DNA of 64,000 nucleotides, taken from an uncultured Christensenellaceae bacterium (GTDB lineage Bacteria > Bacillota > Clostridia > Christensenellales > CAG-1252). The notes beneath the pieces were generated by a model. It was not told the origin of the DNA. It did not search any database and saw only the letters and a list, made by a program, of their open reading frames with translations. The translations under genes and the position numbers were made by a program. This document shows, one piece after another, positions 56,201 to 62,200 of this stretch. The first letter of the stretch is position 1. The number at the start of each line of letters is the position of its first letter. The stretch lies in contig CAYMNK010000002.1 in NCBI GenBank assembly GCA_964391805.1, positions 19,671 through 83,670 on the forward strand. Direction: 5' to 3'.

Positions 56201-59200
56201 TTGTCAGATTTACGAATATAATATTCGAAACCGTCCGATTCTAACAATGTTACCTTTATACTCAAATAAATGTTGTTATTAACTTCAGCCTCGCTATTAC
56301 CTACAATTTGTTCAAAGCAAACGGCATCCTCGTTATAGCGGTAAGGTATGTTGTTGCGAACATATACGAATTCAACCGTCGAAGAATCTCCGTTACGATT
56401 AATTGCAAGATAACGTCTATATAAGTCCTTGCTGTCGACGGTGCTCAAATAATCGTTTCTATAGTATACCGCTCCATTGACGAGAGTTACCTCTATCAAG
56501 GTATTTCTATTGGCAACAGGATAGATTACATAGTATTCTTCCTCTATCTCGAAAATATCGTCGTCGAGATCGATTACATCGAAATTGCCGTCCTTATATT
56601 GGTAATAAGTACTTCCGCCGATAGTTTGATATACTCTATAATCAACCTTATTGAATATATCGTCATCCACTATACCAAAGTAACCGTTGGTTTCTGTCCA
56701 AGACGAAGTCTTCTCGGAATAGGTGTAATATACGCCGTTTAGCATATAAATTTGTCCGTCGGTGAGGTCATCCGCTCTCAGATCGAAATCGAAATAATCG
56801 ACAGGGATATATGCATACTTATTGACAAGTTCTCCGTCGTTGATGTTGCAATCGATGGGATAATATATCTCGACGTTCGCCAACAACGATGCATTCTTGA
56901 TTGTGATGCTTTCCGCGTTAATATACAACTTGGATAGACTATTCAATAAAATATATCCTTCGTCGTCGCAAAGTATCTTGGCATCGAGTTCGGTGATAGC
57001 CTTAGGTAATACCAATGTTTTGATATTATCACAGCCTATAAATGCACCCTTTGCTATATCGGTTGCCTTATCGGGCGCGAATGTCTCGCTATTGACGTCG
57101 TAGCACAACAGCAATACACCGTCACCGCTGTAAATCGCTCCGTCTTGAGCGATATATTGAATCTTACCGCTATTGAAGGAATTGTCAATTACTACATTGT
57201 TAAGGTTAGTACATCCTTCAAAGACGGTGTAAACCTCATAAACTTCGTTTAGGTTATCGTCCATAGAGGATACACCTATTACAGAGTTGCGCATTAGAGA
57301 CATTACTACCGTTGCCAATGAAGTGCACTTACTGAAGGCATATTCTCCTATACGCTGTACCTTGCCGAGGTTGGCGATAGATAGCGATGTACAGTTGCGG
57401 AATGCACCCTCGCCGATTATTATGCCGTAGCCCGATGCATAACTTGCGCCGTTTTCTATCGTGACGCTTCGAATTGTAGTATTGCCGGCAAAAGCTCTTT
57501 CCTCTATTTCGAGGACGGGAAGGCCGCCTATGGTTGCAGGAATAATTAGATCTTTATGATTGCCAACAGAGCAATTGGTGTGGGACTTTAATCCCGTAAT
57601 CTTGACGTAATCTCCGTAGGCAGTGCCTAAAACCACCTCATAATCGAAACATTCCTTATATTTATCGGCATCACTCAAGTTCTCGATGTAACTCGGCTTA
57701 GTGCTATAATTATTGCGGAAATAGGTTATCATCGCACTTGCGGAACTATGGATTTCCACAAAATCAATGGTACCTCTTATTCCGTCAAGCAAGCCTACAC
57801 CCAACTCGGTATCGGGATTACAGAAACGCAACTCGCTCAAACCGCTACATCCGCGGAACGCGTAATCACCTATGCTTTCAACATTATTACCGAGCATTAA
57901 CGAGCCTAACGAGTAACAATCTGCAAATGCGCTTTGTTCTATCGTTTTCAACGATTCGGGCAAATAAATATATGTTAGCGACGAGCAGTCTTCGAATGCG
58001 TGTTCGCCTATGCTCGTGACATAATTACCGAGTATCACAGTAGTAAGTGTGGTGTTACCCATAAAGGCAAGATCACCTATTCTTACTACGTTCTTACCGT
58101 CGATTCTATCAGGTATTCTTATCTTGGTATACTCATTGCCTTCGTCGTGCATACCGAGTATTTCTACTCCGCCTACCACATTAGCAGTAATAAATACCTT
58201 ACCAACCGTGATGGAAGTGACGTGAGCCTTAGATACAGCGTTTTGTGATTTGATATTATTGTAATCGCATGCGTAAACGGTTACGCCCGATGCGTTATCG
58301 TCAAATGCGCCGTCTTCGATAGTCGTACTATTGTTGGTGGAATTCAACAGATATACCGTTTTCAGTCTTTCACAGCCGGTAAAGGCATCCTTTGCAATAA
58401 CGAAGTTATCGGTATCGCCGTCGATTGATATGCTTATCAAATCGGTACCGCTGAACGCACCTTCCGATATTTCAACCACTTTTCTTCCGTTAATGGTAGA
58501 AGGAATGGTTATGTATTTATGAGATGTGTTGCAATGATGATTGACTAATCCTACGATAGCGACTTTATCGGTTCCGATAGCCTTGATCTCCAAGCAACCC
58601 CAATAGGTGCCCACATTGAAGGCAATACCCGCCTCGTCACAGTAAGTTTCGAGTTCGGTTGCGGAAATTCCATATACATTGAGTATATCGGTATCGCAAT
58701 CAAGGAATATATCTACACCTAAATCGGTGATCATACCCTCAATATATACCTGAGATAGGTTGCTACATCCGTAGAACGCTTGATCGCCTATACTTGTTAT
58801 AGATGACGGAATCGTGACGGTTTCAAGCGTCTTATTGCCCGAGAAGGCAAGATCGAGAATAGCCGTTACCGTCATTCCGTTAATGAATTCGGGAATGTCT
58901 ATCTTGGTTTCGTTTTCCGCATTCTTTAATCCCTTAATTCTGATTTCGTTGCCGTTAATAATTTCATAGTTAAACTTACTAACCGCAGAGAATCTCTTAT
59001 AGGTCAAAGGTATATTGTGATCGTTATATACATACGAATCGGCATATTCGCTGACTATATTGCTTTCGCCCTTTTCGAGAGGTGCGTAAATATAGATTTC
59101 TGCATTGTTTCCGAATATCGAGGCACCGATACCGCCACTTACAGAGTAATCGAGTCGACTTGGTGTGATATTAGATAAATATACAATATCGGATGCCGAT

Positions 59201-62200
59201 TGTAGTGTGTCACCCGTATATAATACCAACGAATAGTAATAGGAGCCGTCATCTAAACGACTATCTACACGTGCCGACTTATAGTCCATTCCGGTTAGAT
59301 TTTCTGTGGTATATGTGCCATTCGAATATACACTGTTTTTAGCGGAACCTAATAAAATTTCGCTATAATCATAGTTTGACGCATTCGAATCTGTTTCTAC
59401 AACATATCCTACAAGGTTACGCTCGTCTTGAGCTATATAGTTATCGCTATAAACGCTGTATGTGCATGTGTTGGTCGAATAATCGACTACAATTTTTGCT
59501 ACAGGCACCTGCAACACCCTCGTTTGTATTACTTCACCACCCAAATCGTCACTCACGGTAATGGGGTTGCCGTTACTATCAGTTCTCATTAGGTTGCGAT
59601 TCTCAAGAACGGTGTAGATTATGCTACCGCCGTTGAGATAGGTCAACTCGTTGGGTATATAACTTACCTTATATTCGTTCGAATTACTCGGCAATAAGGA
59701 CGATACAGTCTGCTCTATAATATCCCTATCGGATAAACCGTTTGCTATGCCGTTTTCGAAGTAAATAGACTTGAGCGGACAACCGTCGAATGCATACGAA
59801 CCGATATAGGTACAGTCTTCGGGAATATTGACATAGGTCAATTTTTCACAATTTGCGAAGGCGTATTCTCCTATACTCGTCACGTTATTAAGGTCTATTT
59901 CCTCGAGCACAGTGTTATACGCAAATGCATAGTTACCTATATGAGTTATATGGATAGGCATCATCTCATAGGTGCTATAATTCAATATCTCGTCGGGTAT
60001 CTTGAATGAGGTTACCGTATTGGTCGATAGGTAACTTATCAACGTATAGGTCGGTAATCCGTCTTTATCGTATATAGTATTACCGTCTGCATCAAGGTTA
60101 ACCTCGAGAATTGCTCCACCTGCGTATGCGTAATTCGGATCGTTATGATCTATGGTATAGATATAGAACTTATCCGAATATGAACCAACTTGAGCAAGAT
60201 TCGATATATTGATGAAGGAACCTTCCTCTATGGTGTGAATCATAGACTGCAATCTAAGTTGAGTAATTCCGCTACAACCTTCGAGTGCGAATGCTCTAAA
60301 AGTAGTAATTGCATTCAATGTACCGGTATCGTCCTTAGATTTATTACCGCTGAGTACTGAATATAAAGTACTGTCTATTATTGATCCGTTCTTAACGGTC
60401 AACAGTGAAGAATTATAGTAATATGATGCTACTCCGTCCTTTTCCTTGATGACTATGTCAAGAGATGTGTCGCTGAACGGATCGGTTATCGTGCTTGCAG
60501 GCACAGTATGTATTGCCGTCTTAATCGTTACCACTACGAAGTCTTCTTGATAGTTAAACGTAGCTTTATAGGAGTTCTTAACGTTATTTACATAGGTATT
60601 ATAAGTGAGTACGACTTCGCCTTTAATGTCGGGATTTAATTCGCTTAAGCCCGATACTAAGGTTATTGTTCCGCTCTTATCGTCATAAGAGAAGTACTTG
60701 TTGAATATATCTGCATTTTCAAACGATATCGTGCTTTGTTCTCCGTCGGCAGTATATTCAAGTTCGGCATTTTTAAATCCCGATATTACAAGTCTATCGG
60801 CAAACTGTATAGTTACACTGTTTTCCGACGTCGAACCCCAGTAATTCCACGTTATGAACTGGCTGTATACCTTATATGAATAATCGAAGGTGATTGTTTG
60901 GATGTATTCGCCAATATCCAAATTTCTTAGCGCTTCGGCATCGACGTAGAATGCATAGATATCACCAGATTTTTCTATCTTGGTTACGGTAATATTGGTG
61001 ATGCTCTTAGATTTATCTACAACCTCCGTTAAATTGAGTTTAATCGTTCCATCAATTATTGTACGTTCGCTTTCCCACTTAGACTTATCCGAATCGGTTT
61101 CGTCTTTTTCGGGGAAGGATGTTGAGCCGATGTAAACATATTCTTCATCGTTCTTTATTATCGTTTCGGGGAATAGTATGTTTTTATCGTTCGAATCGAA
61201 GGTAAAGGATGTTTGTCCCTCGGAATCATTTTCCTTAACCGGCAACATCGTTTCGATTTCGTAAAGTATTCCGTTAGAACCTACTACATAATTTTCGTTT
61301 TTACCGCTCAATACAAGGTTTGGACAATCGGCAAAAGCACCAAATCCCAATTCCACGATTCCGCTTATATCAAAGGTTTTAATGCCTGTATTTGCGAATA
61401 CCTTTTCACCGATGCGTAACAAAGGAAGTGATGTAATTGCATCGTTCTTTACCGACGGATATAGCGAATTGTAGAATGCTCTCTCGCCTAACTCATATAT
61501 CTCGGCAGGCATTCCGGAAATGGTTACCGTATCAAAATACATTATCTCGCTTAACGAAGTGGTATTTTCGAAGAAAGATGCAGGGATCGATCTAATATCC
61601 TTAGATAATCTTATGCTAACAAGATTAGAACAGTTTTTGAATAAGCCTTCCGCATCGTTAACATTGGTAACGGTATCGGGTAATACGAAACTTCTTAACG
61701 AATGACAAGATGCGAATGCATATTTGCCTACGCTCTTAACGTTAGGTAATACCACGCTTGTCAATGAAATACAGTTATAGAAAGCGTATTCCCCTATCGT
61801 TCTAACCGACGACGGAATAGTTACCGAAGTAAGGTTGGTACAATTCTCAAAGAATCTGTCGCCGATAGATGTTAAATAATCGGGCAATTTAACGCTCGTA
61901 ATTACGGTATTACCTTTGAGCAAATTGTCCGCCAATTGGGTAACCGGCTTACCGTCTATCGAACTTGGAATGATAATATTGGAATGATTACCGTTACATG
62001 TGTGATTCTTTAGACTTGTAATGATAATACTATTGCTGTCTATGTAGGTGACACCGTTCGAAGTGTATTTGACATATTCATATTCGAAGCAGTTAAAGCT
62101 TGTTCCGTTGTTATAAATGCTTTCATCGAAACAACTCTCTAAATATCCGCCCGAAGGACCGAATACGGCTATTCCGTAACCATCCTTATCGTAAGTGTTG

